64,000 nucleotides of DNA from Candidatus Moraniibacteriota bacterium (GTDB lineage: Bacteria > Patescibacteriota > Minisyncoccia > Moranbacterales > UBA1568), in the NCBI GenBank assembly GCA_030648835.1, contig JAUSGT010000002.1, positions 200,081 through 264,080 on the forward strand. The letters run 5' to 3'. The position numbers were made by a program, and so were the translations under genes. Below the pieces are notes generated by a model that did no database searches, was not told where the DNA came from, and saw only the letters and a program-made list of their open reading frames with translations. This document shows, piece after piece, positions 8,301 through 19,387 of the stretch. Every line of letters begins with the position of its first letter. The first letter of the stretch is position 1.

Positions 8301-9371
8301 ATGCATGAGGAACACGAAAAAATTGTTTTGCCAAACGAAGCTGCGCCGTTAGCGGAAGCTTCTCCGGATTACCCGCTGGAAAGTCACGAAGGAGGTATGC
8401 AAGGAGTACTTACTCGGCTCCAGGAACAAGGGAAAGCTCTTTTGAAAAAGATAGATCTTGATGGGAATGTTCACCTTGAAAAGCTAGGGCTTGTCGATAA
8501 TCCAGAGGCACAAAAAGCAGCAGAGAGGTATGATGCTCACAGGCGAACGATGATGGATGGAGTTCGCGAGAAGATAGTTCTTGCAGCCACACTCATGATG
8601 CTGACAATGGGGGCTGGAAAAGTGTTGGGGGCAGAGCCTGGAGATTTGGAAGAAGGATTCCAATCTACTCATGCAGAGCAGAGTGTTGTGTTGGAAGATG
8701 AAGTTATGGATACACAGACTGCCCAGCCGCCACTGTCGGAAAGTATTGAAGAAACGGTACGCATGGGGGAAGCGGGTATAGAAAAGAATATGGCAGCAAG
8801 TGTGGTAATGGAAAAGGCCGATGGAACCTTACAAAAAACTGAAACTTTTGCGAAGGAAAAACCGTTGTCTACTGACGAAAAAGAATTTCGGAAAATGAGT
8901 CAAGCAGTCTCCGATATTATGAGTGCCTGTATGGGACTACAGAAAGATAGCTGTCTGGCGACGGTTACCGGCGCGGCTATGAAACATATAGTTTTGGACA
9001 GCCTTATTCCTTTCAAACGAGGGGTGACCAGTCTCAAAGAAGCGGCTGAAGGGGAAAAAATGGAAGCTGGTGAGCGCTTCGGGAAGGTCATCAGCGGTAT
9101 TTTTGATCTCTTGACGGATGCGGTAACTTTGCAGATGGGAGGAAAGGGGGTCATTAAATTGGCCCAGCTCTACCGGGCGTATCAAGGAGTAAATACCGCT
9201 ACAGCAGCCTATACGTTTTACGTAGAGAATAAGAAAGACGTTCATGCTGCCCTGCAAATTATTTTTGGTGGTGCTTCTCAAGAACGGCAGGCGGTAGAGA
9301 ATACACTCTTTACGCTCGAAAAGGTAGGTCAGATAAGTGGAGAGAAATCTGCGCCTGTTCAGATAAACTAA
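8301..9371 (+). CDS. Hypothetical protein (356 aa)
   Basis: Long ORF starting at the internal ATG of the 8148 frame. One hydrophobic segment (ATLMMLTMGAG) and no recognisable domain. Confidence 0.5.
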   Translation: MHEEHEKIVLPNEAAPLAEASPDYPLESHEGGMQGVLTRLQEQGKALLKKIDLDGNVHLEKLGLVDNPEAQKAAERYDAHRRTMMDGVREKIVLAATLMMLTMGAGKVLGAEPGDLEEGFQSTHAEQSVVLEDEVMDTQTAQPPLSESIEETVRMGEAGIEKNMAASVVMEKADGTLQKTETFAKEKPLSTDEKEFRKMSQAVSDIMSACMGLQKDSCLATVTGAAMKHIVLDSLIPFKRGVTSLKEAAEGEKMEAGERFGKVISGIFDLLTDAVTLQMGGKGVIKLAQLYRAYQGVNTATAAYTFYVENKKDVHAALQIIFGGASQERQAVENTLFTLEKVGQISGEKSAPVQIN

Positions 9372-9394
9372 TTTTTTGTTTCACAAGCAAAAAA

Positions 9395-9410
9395 CCTCCC
9401 TGAAGGGAGG
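9395..9410. terminator. Bidirectional terminator hairpin (cctccc-tgaa-gggagg) between convergent genes
   Basis: Perfect 6-bp GC stem flanked by A-run and T-run. Confidence 0.5.
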
Positions 9411-9430
9411 CTTTGTTGATTTCTGTATCT

Positions 9431-9607
9431 TTAGCGAGTGGCTTTGGCGAGAGTGCGGATAGCACGGGTAGAGAGATTCAATTTCATACCGCCCACGTGT
9501 TTGACCTGGAGATTGATCTTGAATTTGCGCCGACTGGCGATGTTGGAATGGCTGCGGGCATTGCCTGAGGCAGTTCCGCGTCCGGTCAATTGACATACAC
9601 GACTCAT
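9431..9607 (-). CDS. rpmB: Ribosomal protein L28
   Basis: Reverse-strand translation MSRVCQLTGRGTASGNARSHSNIASRRKFKINLQVKHVGGMKLNLSTRAIRTLAKATR matches the L28 N-terminal signature MSRVCQ.TGK. 58 aa, so below the ORF-track cutoff. Confidence 0.85.
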   Translation of the reverse strand: MSRVCQLTGRGTASGNARSHSNIASRRKFKINLQVKHVGGMKLNLSTRAIRTLAKATR

Positions 9608-9673
9608 AACGTTGGTTCTTGAGATATTACTCTGAGTACGGTATCATAGTTATATATTAATGTCAAAGCTCAC

Positions 9674-10396
9674 ATGACCAACGAAATAGTACTCATCGGA
9701 TTCTATATTCTGACGCTCGTCTACTCCGTGATGATTCACGAAGTGGCGCACGGCGTGGTGGCCTTGTGGCTTGGGGATATGACGGCCAAGTATGCCGATC
9801 GTTTGAATCTCAATCCAATGAAGCACATCGACCCTTTTGGCTCGATAATTTTGCCGATGCTTCTTTTTATCAGTACGGGATTCGCTTTCGGATGGGCCAA
9901 ACCGGTTCCTTATAACCCCTACAATCTGCGCAATCAGAAATGGGGGCCGACCTGGGTAGCGTTGGCCGGACCGGGATCGAACCTGATACTGGCTTTTGTG
10001 GCAGCGCTCATCGCCAAGGTTTTGCCGCTTACTCTTCTCACCAAAATAGATATTTTAGAACGCTTTATTGGTGTCGTTGGCGGGCGAGGGGCGTTTCTGG
10101 ATCGTTTTTCTCTTTTGGCAGAGGCTATTTCAGGGTCGCTCCCGAGTATTTTTTTCGGACTATTGCTTCTGGTGATTTTTTGGAATGTGGTTCTGGCGTG
10201 TTTCAATCTTCTGCCGGTGCCACCGCTTGATGGCTCGAAGCTTCTCTACGCTTTGGTACCGCTCTCCGAGCGGACGGTGTTTTTTCTCGAACAATATGGC
10301 TTGTTTGTCCTTATCTTCGCTATTTTCTTTCTCTCCGCTCCTATCAGTATCTTCATCAACTTTGTCTTGAGCCTTTTTCTCAGGTTTTCCCTGTGA
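9674..10396 (+). CDS. Site-2 protease family (M50) zinc metalloprotease
   Basis: HEVAHG (HExxH) motif inside a TM helix. Polytopic membrane protein, 240 aa. Confidence 0.8.
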   Translation: MTNEIVLIGFYILTLVYSVMIHEVAHGVVALWLGDMTAKYADRLNLNPMKHIDPFGSIILPMLLFISTGFAFGWAKPVPYNPYNLRNQKWGPTWVALAGPGSNLILAFVAALIAKVLPLTLLTKIDILERFIGVVGGRGAFLDRFSLLAEAISGSLPSIFFGLLLLVIFWNVVLACFNLLPVPPLDGSKLLYALVPLSERTVFFLEQYGLFVLIFAIFFLSAPISIFINFVLSLFLRFSL

Positions 10397-10480
10397 AATG
10401 TCGCGTAGCGACTGACGATTTGAATATCAAATCGTATTTCACGGGGTGAACTTTGTAGAGGGAATAGGAAGAAATTGAGC

Positions 10481-10509
10481 TTGACATTCTTCATCTTTTA
10501 GTGTATTAT
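10481..10509 (+). promoter_or_regulatory. Sigma70 promoter TTGACA-17-TATTAT
   Basis: Consensus -35 at optimal spacing, upstream of the secreted-protein gene. Confidence 0.5.
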
Positions 10510-10620
10510 ACGAGGTCCTTAATATTTATGGACTGTAGTGTTGAGCTTTGACACGATACCTTGTTTTTTAACAACGTTCACAAGTTTGGTCGCTTGTGGA
10601 TATTTCAAAAGGAGTCGACC

Positions 10621-11400
10621 ATGGAAAAGTTATATGCGATTTTTACCGCCATCATTATTGGCTTTTCTCCCTATGTTTCTTTCGCCGGCGGAGGGGGCAT
10701 GGACAGCTGTAATATTCAGCTGAACACTGGTTGGAATCTGGTGGGCTCCACCGCGGGGACAGCCTCTGTTGCGTCGCTCTTCAGTGACAAGACAAAAGTG
10801 AGTACGGTGTGGAAATGGCTCACGCCAAAAAACACCTGGGCGTTTTATACCCCGGCGAATACCGATGGTGGGGTGGCCTATGCGATGGGCAAAGGCTACG
10901 AATTTCTTACCAGTATTGCTGGCGGTGAAGGTTTTTGGGTGAATGCCCTTTTGCCGGGCACAATCAACATCTGTGCAGACTTGTCTGTGCCGCCAGTTGC
11001 CCCACCGGTTGCTACCTTGGAAACAGTTATCTCTATTTCCACCGCTACGGGAATGGTGGAAATAACCCCTGTCATGGCGGGTGGCAAAGTTACCAACTTG
11101 GCCGGCAGTATTCCGGTCGAGCAAGTACTGGATACCAACAATCAGGTAATTCCGGGCTACCGTATCGCCTGGAATGACAACGGCGATTGGTATCCGGCTG
11201 GTGGGAAAGTCACTGCCTTGCAATTGCCGAAAACCAGTATTGTCGGTGGCGCCAAACCTGTTGGTGTTGGCGCGGGCATGCCGTATCTGGTACGGCCGGA
11301 CGGAACATTTGTTCCGTTCAACACGGATTCTTTCCACACCATGTTCGCGGTGAACGGAGTTCCTATCCCAATCAATGCGGATGGGCAGGTGCATTATTGA
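10621..11400 (+). CDS. Secreted hypothetical protein (signal peptide)
   Basis: ATG after an aaggag RBS. N-terminal hydrophobic signal MEKLYAIFTAIIIGFSPYVSFAGGG. No known domain. Confidence 0.6.
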   Translation: MEKLYAIFTAIIIGFSPYVSFAGGGGMDSCNIQLNTGWNLVGSTAGTASVASLFSDKTKVSTVWKWLTPKNTWAFYTPANTDGGVAYAMGKGYEFLTSIAGGEGFWVNALLPGTINICADLSVPPVAPPVATLETVISISTATGMVEITPVMAGGKVTNLAGSIPVEQVLDTNNQVIPGYRIAWNDNGDWYPAGGKVTALQLPKTSIVGGAKPVGVGAGMPYLVRPDGTFVPFNTDSFHTMFAVNGVPIPINADGQVHY

Positions 11401-11488
11401 CCGGCTTTGCAGTATGTAACAGAGGGCGTCTTGAAACTTGAGACGCCTTTTAACTTTTTTATATAATTTTTTCTCTAAAGCCTCCCTT

Positions 11489-11617
11489 GCAAGCAACCTT
11501 CTCGGGAGTCATTTGTCCGTCCAGCGACGGACTTCACTTATGAACTTTTTTTGATCCGTCAAAGTGATGGCACCGTGCTCAAAAAAACTTCAACTCTCCC
11601 GAGAATGTTCTTGCGAC
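11489..11617. mobile_element. MITE-like repeat family X, copy 1
   Basis: About 128 bp with ~22-bp terminal inverted repeats (gcaagcaaccttctcgggag...ctcccgagaatgttcttgcgac). Second copy at 49505-49631. Outer flanks form a short inverted repeat. Confidence 0.55.
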
Positions 11618-11714
11618 TGGAGGCTTGTCCTGAACAGGTAGAAATTAGTGCGGGGTTGACCACCGTCGCTCGCTTGCCACGGTCGTTCGCGAAACGACGT
11701 GGTGAGGGACGCGG

Positions 11715-11743
11715 TTGACAAGAAATAAGACTTTCGGTAGTAT
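11715..11743 (+). promoter_or_regulatory. Sigma70 promoter TTGACA-17-TAGTAT for the str operon
   Basis: Consensus -35 and near-consensus -10 about 80 nt upstream of rpsL. Confidence 0.55.
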
Positions 11744-11821
11744 GGGTTATACGAAAAGCCAGAGGCTTTTTTGTTTATCTTTTGTCTAGATTCTAAATCC
11801 CATATTCTAAATTCCATTTTT

Positions 11822-12238
11822 GTGGCAACGATCAACCAGCTTATCAAGCGTCCCCGGAAGTCTACCGCTCGGAAATCGAAATCTCCGGCGATGACGTATT
11901 CCATCAACAGCGTCAAGAATCGCAATACGTTTCATGACAGTCCGTTCAAACGTGGGGTGTGTATCAAGGTGTCGACGACCACTCCCAAGAAACCGAACTC
12001 CGCTTTGCGTAAGATCGCCCGCGTGCGGCTGACCAATGGTATGGAAGTGACAGCTTACATCCCGGGAGAGGGACACAATTTGCAGGAACACTCGATCGTC
12101 ATGATTCGTGGCGGCCGGGTGAAGGATTTGCCGGGTGTGCGGTATCACATCGTGCGTGGCATTTTCGATGCGGCCGGTGTAGCGCGCAAGCAGAGTCGCT
12201 CCAAGTACGGCGCGAAGAAGGATAAGAAGAAATCCTAA
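11822..12238 (+). CDS. rpsL: Ribosomal protein S12
   Basis: [12 protein letters not shown]...[10 protein letters not shown] signature. A GTG start is inferred, because the ORF-track start lies upstream of the conserved N-terminus. Confidence 0.9.
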   Translation: MATINQLIKRPRKSTARKSKSPAMTYSINSVKNRNTFHDSPFKRGVCIKVSTTTPKKPNSALRKIARVRLTNGMEVTAYIPGEGHNLQEHSIVMIRGGRVKDLPGVRYHIVRGIFDAAGVARKQSRSKYGAKKDKKKS

Positions 12239-12283
12239 TTTTTTTGGTTATTGATTATTGGTGATTGGTTATTGTAAATATAT

Positions 12284-12751
12284 ATGCCACGAAGAAAGCG
12301 ACAATTTGTCAGAGAATGGAAACCGGATACCTTGTATGGCAATCCGCTGGTTGGTCATTTCGTGGGGATGATTATGTGGGAAGGCAAGAAAAGCATTGCC
12401 GAGAGGATTATTTATAATGCCTTTGATATTATTCACGAACGGACCAAAAAAGGCGGACTGAATACTTTTGAACAAGCTATCAAGAACGTATCTCCTTTGC
12501 TTCAGTTGAAGAGCCGCCGCGTGGGCGGTGCCAACTATCAGGTACCGGTGCCGGTCTCAGGGGAGCGTCGCCAGGTGCTCGCCATGCGCTGGATCCGTGA
12601 TGCTTGCCGCAAACGCAAAGGCAAAGGCATGGCTGAAAAGCTGGCCGATGAACTGCTCGATGCTTCAAATAAGACCGGGTCTGCCATGAAAAAGCGCGAC
12701 GAGACGCACCGCATGGCCGAAGCCAATAAAGCCTTTGCCCACTTCGCTTAA
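12284..12751 (+). CDS. rpsG: Ribosomal protein S7
   Basis: MPRRKR...GGANYQVPVPV S7 signature. Confidence 0.95.
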   Translation: MPRRKRQFVREWKPDTLYGNPLVGHFVGMIMWEGKKSIAERIIYNAFDIIHERTKKGGLNTFEQAIKNVSPLLQLKSRRVGGANYQVPVPVSGERRQVLAMRWIRDACRKRKGKGMAEKLADELLDASNKTGSAMKKRDETHRMAEANKAFAHFA

Positions 12752-12832
12752 GAAAAATTTTTGCGAATGATGCCACGAAATAGCACGAATGAATTCGTGT
12801 GAATTGGTGGAGTATTCGTGTATATTAGGAAT

Positions 12833-14935
12833 ATGAGAAAGACGCCAATTGAAAATTATAGAAATATCGGTATCATCGCGCACATCGACGCCGGCAAGAC
12901 GACGACGACCGAGCGTATTTTGTTTTACACCGGTATTACCCACAAGATCGGCGAAGTACACGAAGGGACAGCTACCATGGACTGGATGGAGCAAGAGCAA
13001 GAGCGGGGGATTACCATCACCTCTGCTGCTACCACTTGTTTTTGGAAGGGATATCATATCAATATCATCGACACGCCGGGGCATGTGGACTTTACTGTGG
13101 AAGTGGAACGCAGTTTGCGTGTTTTGGACGGTGGAGTGGTGGTATTCGATGGCAAGGAAGGTGTCGAACCGCAATCGGAAACCGTGTGGCGCCAGGCTGA
13201 AAAGTATGGCGTGCCTCGGATGTGTTTTATCAACAAAATTGACAAAGAGGGGGCAGTCTTCGAAGATGCTCTGGCTTCTATCTGGAATCGTTTGACTCCG
13301 CACGCCGTGGCTATCCAGTATCCGCTGGGATTGCGCGGTGATTTTTATGGATTGATCGACCTTATGTTGATGAAGGCCTTTACTTTCGAGGGAGAGATGG
13401 GAGAAAAAGTAATCGAAGGAGAAATCCCGGCCGAATATCTCGACCGTGCCAAGGAGTGGCGGGAAAAAATGGTGGAAAAAATATCCGAAACGGATGACGC
13501 GTTGACGGAGAAATACTTGAATGGCGAGGAAATTTCTGTGGCTGAATTGAAAGCGGCTTTGCGCCGCGCGGTCATCGGCGTGCGCCTCCATCCCGTATTT
13601 ACCGGTACCGCTCTCAGGAACAAGGGTGTGCAGCTGATGCTTGATGCTGTCGTGGATTATTTGCCATCGCCGATCGATATTCCTCCGGTGACAGGTATTG
13701 ACCCTGAGACAGACCAGGAGCTGGTGCGTGAAACGAGAGACGATGAGAAATTTTCTGCTTTGGCGTTCAAAATTGCTACTGATCCATTCGTTGGGCAGTT
13801 GACATTTTTCCGTGTGTATTCCGGTACGGTCAAGGCCGGTTCTTATGTACTGAACTCCACCAAGAATGAAAAGGAACGCATCGGACGAATCTTGCGTATG
13901 CATGCCAATCATCGCGAAGAAATCGAGGAACTGACGGCCGGGGACATCGGCGCTTTGGTCGGGATGAAATCAACCACGACCGGTGATACGCTGTGTGATT
14001 TGGAAAGCCCGGTCATTCTCGAGAACATCGTCTTTCCGGAACCGGTCATCGATATTTCCATCGAACCGAAAACCAAAGTCGATCAGGAAAAAATGGGAGT
14101 GGCTTTGAAAAAATTATTGGAAGAAGACCCGACTTTTCGCGTTCACACCGATGAAGAAACCGGCCAGACAATCATGTCCGGTATGGGAGAACTGCACCTT
14201 GATATTCTGGTGGACCGGATGAAGCGCGAATTTAAAGTGGAAGTGAATGTCGGCCGTCCGCAAGTGGCCTATCGTGAAACGATTCGGACAACAGCGGAAT
14301 CAGAAGGCAAATACATCCGTCAGTCGGGTGGTCGGGGACAGTACGGACATTGTTGGATCCGCGTAGAACCGCAACCCGAACCGGGGCTGGGTTATGAATT
14401 CTTGAACGAAGTCAAAGGTGGAGCCATTCCGCAAGAGTTCATCAAGCCGATCGATAAGGGTATTCAAGAGGCTATGCAGACGGGAGTATTGGCCGGCTAC
14501 CCAATGGTGGATATCAAAGCCACAGTTTTTGATGGTTCGTATCATGATGTTGACTCTTCCGAAGCCGCTTTCCGCATCGCCGGTTCCATGGCGTTCAAGG
14601 AAGCCTGTCGTAAAGCCAAACCAGTGCTTCTTGAACCGATTATGAAAGTAGTGGTGATTACGCCGGAGAATTTTATGGGTGATATTGTGGGGGACCTTTC
14701 TTCCAAGCGTGGGGTGATCAAGGAAATGAACGCGCGCGGCGAAGGGGCTTCCGCCGTGAAAGAAATTCATTCCGAAGTGCCGCTCTCGACCATGTTCGGT
14801 TATGCCACCCAGATGCGCTCCATGTCTCAGGGCCGCGCCAACTACTCCATGGAATTCGGCCACTATGCCGAAGTGCCAACCAATGTTGCAACGGAAATTA
14901 TTGGTAGTCGTCAGGCGCCAGGGGAAGGGAAGTAG
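12833..14935 (+). CDS. fusA: Elongation factor G
   Basis: [16 protein letters not shown]-domain and full EF-G domain order. Start at the ATG preceded by an aggaa RBS. Confidence 0.95.
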   Translation: MRKTPIENYRNIGIIAHIDAGKTTTTERILFYTGITHKIGEVHEGTATMDWMEQEQERGITITSAATTCFWKGYHINIIDTPGHVDFTVEVERSLRVLDGGVVVFDGKEGVEPQSETVWRQAEKYGVPRMCFINKIDKEGAVFEDALASIWNRLTPHAVAIQYPLGLRGDFYGLIDLMLMKAFTFEGEMGEKVIEGEIPAEYLDRAKEWREKMVEKISETDDALTEKYLNGEEISVAELKAALRRAVIGVRLHPVFTGTALRNKGVQLMLDAVVDYLPSPIDIPPVTGIDPETDQELVRETRDDEKFSALAFKIATDPFVGQLTFFRVYSGTVKAGSYVLNSTKNEKERIGRILRMHANHREEIEELTAGDIGALVGMKSTTTGDTLCDLESPVILENIVFPEPVIDISIEPKTKVDQEKMGVALKKLLEEDPTFRVHTDEETGQTIMSGMGELHLDILVDRMKREFKVEVNVGRPQVAYRETIRTTAESEGKYIRQSGGRGQYGHCWIRVEPQPEPGLGYEFLNEVKGGAIPQEFIKPIDKGIQEAMQTGVLAGYPMVDIKATVFDGSYHDVDSSEAAFRIAGSMAFKEACRKAKPVLLEPIMKVVVITPENFMGDIVGDLSSKRGVIKEMNARGEGASAVKEIHSEVPLSTMFGYATQMRSMSQGRANYSMEFGHYAEVPTNVATEIIGSRQAPGEGK

Positions 14936-14946
14936 GTGACGTGGAG

Positions 14947-14975
14947 TTGACAAAAATGTGGGAGATTGATAGTAT
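14947..14975 (+). promoter_or_regulatory. Candidate promoter TTGACA-17-TAGTAT in the fusA-tuf spacer
   Basis: Consensus -35. Confidence 0.4.
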
Positions 14976-15078
14976 AGCGAGTGATGCTTTTGCCCAAGCT
15001 TTTTTCGTTTTTGGTGACAAAAATCGCCTGGGGAGAAGAGACGTTTTTAATAAATATAATTTGTTTTATAACAAGGTT

Positions 15079-16269
15079 ATGGCAGAGCAATTTGATCGCA
15101 GTAAGCCGCATGTGAACGTCGGCACGATCGGCCACGTCGACCACGGCAAAACCACTTTGACCGCGGCTATTCTTCATGTGCAAAGCATGAAAGGATTGGC
15201 CAACCCGAAGGGTGTCGATGAGATTGATAAGGCTCCGGAAGAGAAGGAGCGCGGTATCACTATTTCCACATCACACTGTGAATACTCCTCAGACAAGCGT
15301 CACTATGCACACGTTGACTGTCCTGGTCACGCTGACTATATCAAGAATATGATTACCGGTGCCGCTCAGATGGACGGCGCCATTCTCGTCGTTTCCGCGA
15401 CTGATGGTCCGATGCCACAGACTCGTGAACACATTTTGTTGGCGCGCCAAGTGGGTGTACCGGCGATTGTGGTGTTTTTGAACAAGGTGGATATGGTGGA
15501 TGATGCCGAGTTGATTGAGCTGGTTGAAGCCGAAGTACGCGAACTTCTGACAAAGTATGAATTTGATGGTGAACATGCCGCTATCATCCGTGGGAGTGCC
15601 ACCAAAGCTCTCGTCTCCAAGTCTGTCGATGACGCGGATGCCAAGCCGATTCTTGATTTGATCACTGCTCTTGATGAACAGATTCCACAACCGGTGCGTG
15701 ACACCGACAAACCATTCCTCATGCCGATCGAAGATATTTTCTCGATTGAAGGCCGTGGGACAGTGGTGACCGGTCGCATTGAGCGCGGTACGGTGAATAT
15801 CAACGAAGAAGTAGAAATTGTCGGTTTGCGTGATACCGCCAAGACCGTGGTCACCGGAATCGAAATGTTCAACAAGCAACTTGACAAAGGAATGGCTGGT
15901 GACAATGCCGGTCTCCTTATTCGTGGTATCAAGAAAGAGGATGTCGAACGTGGTCAGGTGTTGGCCAAGCCGGGATCTATCACTCCGCACACTGAATTTG
16001 AAGGTGAAGTCTACATTCTTTCCAAAGAAGAAGGTGGCCGCCACACTCCGTTTTTCAAGGGATACAAACCGCAATTCTATATCCGAACGACTGATGTGAC
16101 CGGCGAAGTGATTCTTCCGGAAGGGACCGAGATGGTGATGCCAGGGGACACGGTGAAACTCAATATCAAGCTTTTGGCTCCGGTAGCTATGGAAGAAGGT
16201 ATGCGTTTCGCTATTCGTGAGGGTGGCCGCACAGTTGGTGCCGGTGTCGCGACAAAAATTTCAAAATAG
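15079..16269 (+). CDS. tuf: Elongation factor Tu
   Basis: [18 protein letters not shown] and NKVD motifs. Start at the internal ATG ([19 protein letters not shown]). Confidence 0.95.
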   Translation: MAEQFDRSKPHVNVGTIGHVDHGKTTLTAAILHVQSMKGLANPKGVDEIDKAPEEKERGITISTSHCEYSSDKRHYAHVDCPGHADYIKNMITGAAQMDGAILVVSATDGPMPQTREHILLARQVGVPAIVVFLNKVDMVDDAELIELVEAEVRELLTKYEFDGEHAAIIRGSATKALVSKSVDDADAKPILDLITALDEQIPQPVRDTDKPFLMPIEDIFSIEGRGTVVTGRIERGTVNINEEVEIVGLRDTAKTVVTGIEMFNKQLDKGMAGDNAGLLIRGIKKEDVERGQVLAKPGSITPHTEFEGEVYILSKEEGGRHTPFFKGYKPQFYIRTTDVTGEVILPEGTEMVMPGDTVKLNIKLLAPVAMEEGMRFAIREGGRTVGAGVATKISK

Positions 16270-16358
16270 GTCTTGTTGAGGTAACTGAGTCCCGAAAAAA
16301 GAACTTCGTTCTTCTCGGGACGATTGTTCTCTTAAGAAGATAGTTGTATAATGACGCA

Positions 16359-16685
16359 ATGAAAAAGACAGAAACAACGCAGAATCTGCGGGTCAGAATT
16401 AAAATCAAGGCGTACGATCATAAGGTGATTGACCAGTCTGCCCGGAAGATTGTCGAGACAGCCGAGCGTACCGGAGCAGAGATCACCGGTCCCGTTCCGT
16501 TGCCGACAGAAATCCACAAGATGACTGTCAATCGCTCCACATTTGTGCACAAGAATTCTCGTGACCAGTATGAGATGCGGGTGCACAAGCGTTTGATCGA
16601 TATTCTGAATCCGACATCCAAGACCATCGAAAATTTGACAAATCTAGACCTCCCCGCCGGTGTGGATGTAGAGATTAAGATGTGA
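16359..16685 (+). CDS. rpsJ: Ribosomal protein S10
   Basis: [19 protein letters not shown]10 signature. Confidence 0.9.
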   Translation: MKKTETTQNLRVRIKIKAYDHKVIDQSARKIVETAERTGAEITGPVPLPTEIHKMTVNRSTFVHKNSRDQYEMRVHKRLIDILNPTSKTIENLTNLDLPAGVDVEIKM

Positions 16686-16849
16686 TGTAGAAGAAAAATA
16701 GAATATTCGTTCAAGTCTGGCTTCATTTGGTAGATATCAGGTGAGAAGCGCGGATACTAAGCGATCGAGAGTTTCAAAATGAGACTGGCTCGCTTAATGA
16801 GGTCCAGTTTTTTGTTTATAAAAATGGTTATTCAAGAAAAAGTACGGCG

Positions 16850-17458
16850 ATGAAATTTATCCTTGGTAAAAAACTTGGTATGACGACACTTTTTGATGAA
16901 ACGAAAGGTGCTTTGAATGTGACTCTGATTGCCTGTGAGGAAAACAAAGTGAAATTGAATAGGACATTGGAGAAGGATGGCTACTTGGCTGTCCAGCTGG
17001 AAACAAAGAAGACTGTCAACAAGACTGTTCGCAAAGAATTCCGGATTGATAAAGCCATCGCTCTTGGTACTGATCGCACAGCGCTGACCAAAGAATTGGA
17101 AAAGTATCCGATAGACGGGGCAGTTGATGTGACGTTGTTTGAGGTTGGCGAGAAAGTAAATATCGCCGGCGTGACCAAGGCCAAAGGATTTCAGGGTACG
17201 GTGAAACGCTATGGGTTTTCCGGAGGCCGAAAATCTCATGGTGGCAAGCACGATTTGCGGAAGCCGGGTTCGATAGGCGCGACATTTCCGGAACACGTAG
17301 TGAAAGGTCGGCGTATGGCCGGGCGGATGGGTGGTGCCAATATGACCGCTCTCAACCTTTCTGTCGCGTATATCAACAAGGAAGAAGGCATCATTGCGGT
17401 ACGCGGAGCGGTGCCGGGAGTGAATGGCCGCATCGTCAAGATAATGAGCGTGAAATAA
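16850..17458 (+). CDS. rplC: Ribosomal protein L3
   Basis: MKFILGKKLGMTTLFDE L3 N-terminus. Confidence 0.9.
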   Translation: MKFILGKKLGMTTLFDETKGALNVTLIACEENKVKLNRTLEKDGYLAVQLETKKTVNKTVRKEFRIDKAIALGTDRTALTKELEKYPIDGAVDVTLFEVGEKVNIAGVTKAKGFQGTVKRYGFSGGRKSHGGKHDLRKPGSIGATFPEHVVKGRRMAGRMGGANMTALNLSVAYINKEEGIIAVRGAVPGVNGRIVKIMSVK

Positions 17459-17459
17459 T

Positions 17460-18113
17460 ATGGCCAAGGTGACTGTCAAAAATATAGCCGGCAAGGATGT
17501 AAAGGAAATCAAGCTCAAGGATTTCATTTTTGACGTGCCTTCCAATGATACCTTGATCCATCAGGTGTATGTGGCTCAGGCCGGTAACGCGAGGAAGCCG
17601 ATTGCTCACACGAAAGATCGCAGTGAACGGGCCGGTTCCGGTATCAAACCGTGGCGTCAGAAGGGGACGGGACGGGCGCGTGCCGGTTCTGTCAGAAGTC
17701 CTTTGTGGCGCAAGGGTGGTGTGACTTTTGGTCCGACTAAGGATCGTAATTTCAGTAAAGATACCAATCAGAAGATGCGTCAAAAAGCTGTCATGGTGGC
17801 GCTTTCCGAGAAACTGCGCTCGGAGAAATTGATTGTTATCGATACCCTCAATTATTCCGAAAAAAAGACAAAGTTATTTGCCGAAACACTGAAAGCTCTT
17901 GGCATTACCGGGAAGAGTCTCGTATTTTCCCTCACTGGCGATGAGCGCGCTTGTACAGTGATGAGTCGCAATATCCCCAAAGTGGAAAATACTCCTACGG
18001 AAAATCTCAACGTGACGCAGCTTCTCGATCGTGAGTACCTCATTTTGACAGAGGCCGGTATCAAGAGTTTGGAAGGGCGTTTTGCGGCGTGGGATAAGAA
18101 AGAGACAAAGTAA
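17460..18113 (+). CDS. rplD: Ribosomal protein L4
   Basis: Position in the S10 operon and L4-like composition. Confidence 0.85.
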   Translation: MAKVTVKNIAGKDVKEIKLKDFIFDVPSNDTLIHQVYVAQAGNARKPIAHTKDRSERAGSGIKPWRQKGTGRARAGSVRSPLWRKGGVTFGPTKDRNFSKDTNQKMRQKAVMVALSEKLRSEKLIVIDTLNYSEKKTKLFAETLKALGITGKSLVFSLTGDERACTVMSRNIPKVENTPTENLNVTQLLDREYLILTEAGIKSLEGRFAAWDKKETK

Positions 18114-18122
18114 AGAAATTTT

Positions 18123-18512
18123 ATGGCGTTATTCGGCAACACAACTGAAGAGAAAAAGCCCGCCCAAGGCGGGTCCGCCTCGGGTGGAGAAAAGCTTCTC
18201 AACAAGCTTCCTATAAAAGAAAGTCCATTAGCGACAAGAATTCTGTCTCGCCCGCGTATTACGGAAAAATCGTATGCTCTCAATGCCCTCAATCAGTACG
18301 TGTTTGTGGTATCGAAGACCGCTACCAAGAAATCAGTCAAGCGGGCGGTAGAGGAAGCATACGCCGTACAGGTGGAAAAAGTTCGTATAGTGCGATTGCC
18401 TGCCAAACGGCGTTTGTTTGGGAAGAGTATCGGTATGAAGAGTGCCATCAAAAAAGCTATCGTTAGCGTGGCCAAGGGGCAGTCCCTGGAACTTTTTAAG
18501 GGCGGAATGTAA
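18123..18512 (+). CDS. rplW: Ribosomal protein L23, with an N-terminal extension of about 40 aa
   Basis: Core ILSRPRITEKSYAL...YVFVV L23 signature preceded by a Gly/Ser/Lys-rich extension. Confidence 0.8.
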   Translation: MALFGNTTEEKKPAQGGSASGGEKLLNKLPIKESPLATRILSRPRITEKSYALNALNQYVFVVSKTATKKSVKRAVEEAYAVQVEKVRIVRLPAKRRLFGKSIGMKSAIKKAIVSVAKGQSLELFKGGM

Positions 18513-18522
18513 GGAAAAAATT

Positions 18523-19350
18523 ATGGCTATCAAGATCTACAAAAAGAATAACGCGGGGCGCCGCAATATGTCAGTCGTCAAGCCGGAAGGTGTGACCGAT
18601 CGGCCGCCGGAGAAGTCTCTCCTCGCTCCACTTGCGAAAAAGGCCGGCCGTTCAGGCGGGAAGATTTCCGTGCGTCACCAGGGTGGTGGCGCCAAGCGTC
18701 GTTATCGTATTGTTGATTTTCGTCAGGACAAATTGAATATTCCCGGGCGTATCGCCAGTATTGAAAAGGACCCGAACCGATCGGCTTTGATCGCGCTCAT
18801 CCATTATGCGGATGGCGAAAAGCGTTATATTCTTGCCACGAATGAAATGAGACAGGGACAGCAGATTATTTCCGGAGAGAATACTCCGATTGTGAATGGA
18901 AATCGTTTGCTCTTGAAGAATATTCCTGCCGGCACGACTATTTGCAACATTGAAATGAAAGTCGGCAAGGGAGGGCAGATTGTGAGAAGCGCTGGGACGG
19001 CGGCCGTGCTTATGGCGCTCGATGGCGCGATGGCGCAGATAAAACTTTCTTCCGGAGAAGTCCGTTTGATTAGCAGGGATTGCTATGCTACGCTCGGGCA
19101 AGTGAGTAACTTCGAACATGGAGCGGAGCGAATCGGTTCTGCCGGGCGGGCTCGCCATATGAACCATCGCCCGGGAGTGCGTGGTAGCGCTATGAACCCA
19201 CATGACCATCCACATGGTGGCGGTGAAGGTCGCCAGCCGATCGGTATGCATCCGAAGACTCCGTGGGGCAAACCGGCGCTTGGCAAGAAGACCCGCAAGA
19301 GAAAGCATCAGAGTAATAAGTACATTGTCAGTCGTCGCCAGAAGAAATAA
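18523..19350 (+). CDS. rplB: Ribosomal protein L2
   Basis: GRNxxGxITxRHxGGGxKRxYR-type motif. The start ATG corresponds to MAIKIYKK. Confidence 0.9.
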   Translation: MAIKIYKKNNAGRRNMSVVKPEGVTDRPPEKSLLAPLAKKAGRSGGKISVRHQGGGAKRRYRIVDFRQDKLNIPGRIASIEKDPNRSALIALIHYADGEKRYILATNEMRQGQQIISGENTPIVNGNRLLLKNIPAGTTICNIEMKVGKGGQIVRSAGTAAVLMALDGAMAQIKLSSGEVRLISRDCYATLGQVSNFEHGAERIGSAGRARHMNHRPGVRGSAMNPHDHPHGGGEGRQPIGMHPKTPWGKPALGKKTRKRKHQSNKYIVSRRQKK

Positions 19351-19387
19351 TTGAAACAGTTTCAAAGTTAATAAGCTGATTAAAGAT

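Noticed and set aside
11590-11925. 111-aa minus-strand ORF between MITE-X and rpsL
   Set aside because: It overlaps the MITE copy, the str promoter and the rpsL start. Composition is not protein-like.
12665-13912. 415-aa minus-strand ORF inside fusA, and the similar long antisense ORFs at 25811-27193 (secY), 30177-31100 (galT), 32074-32967 (fba) and 32996-34021 (gap)
   Set aside because: All lie opposite strongly supported conserved genes. GC-rich genes commonly produce long antisense ORFs.
14941-15078. 5' extension of the tuf ORF (442-aa frame)
   Set aside because: The conserved EF-Tu N-terminus starts at the internal ATG at 15079. The upstream stretch contains a promoter-like sequence and has no homology.
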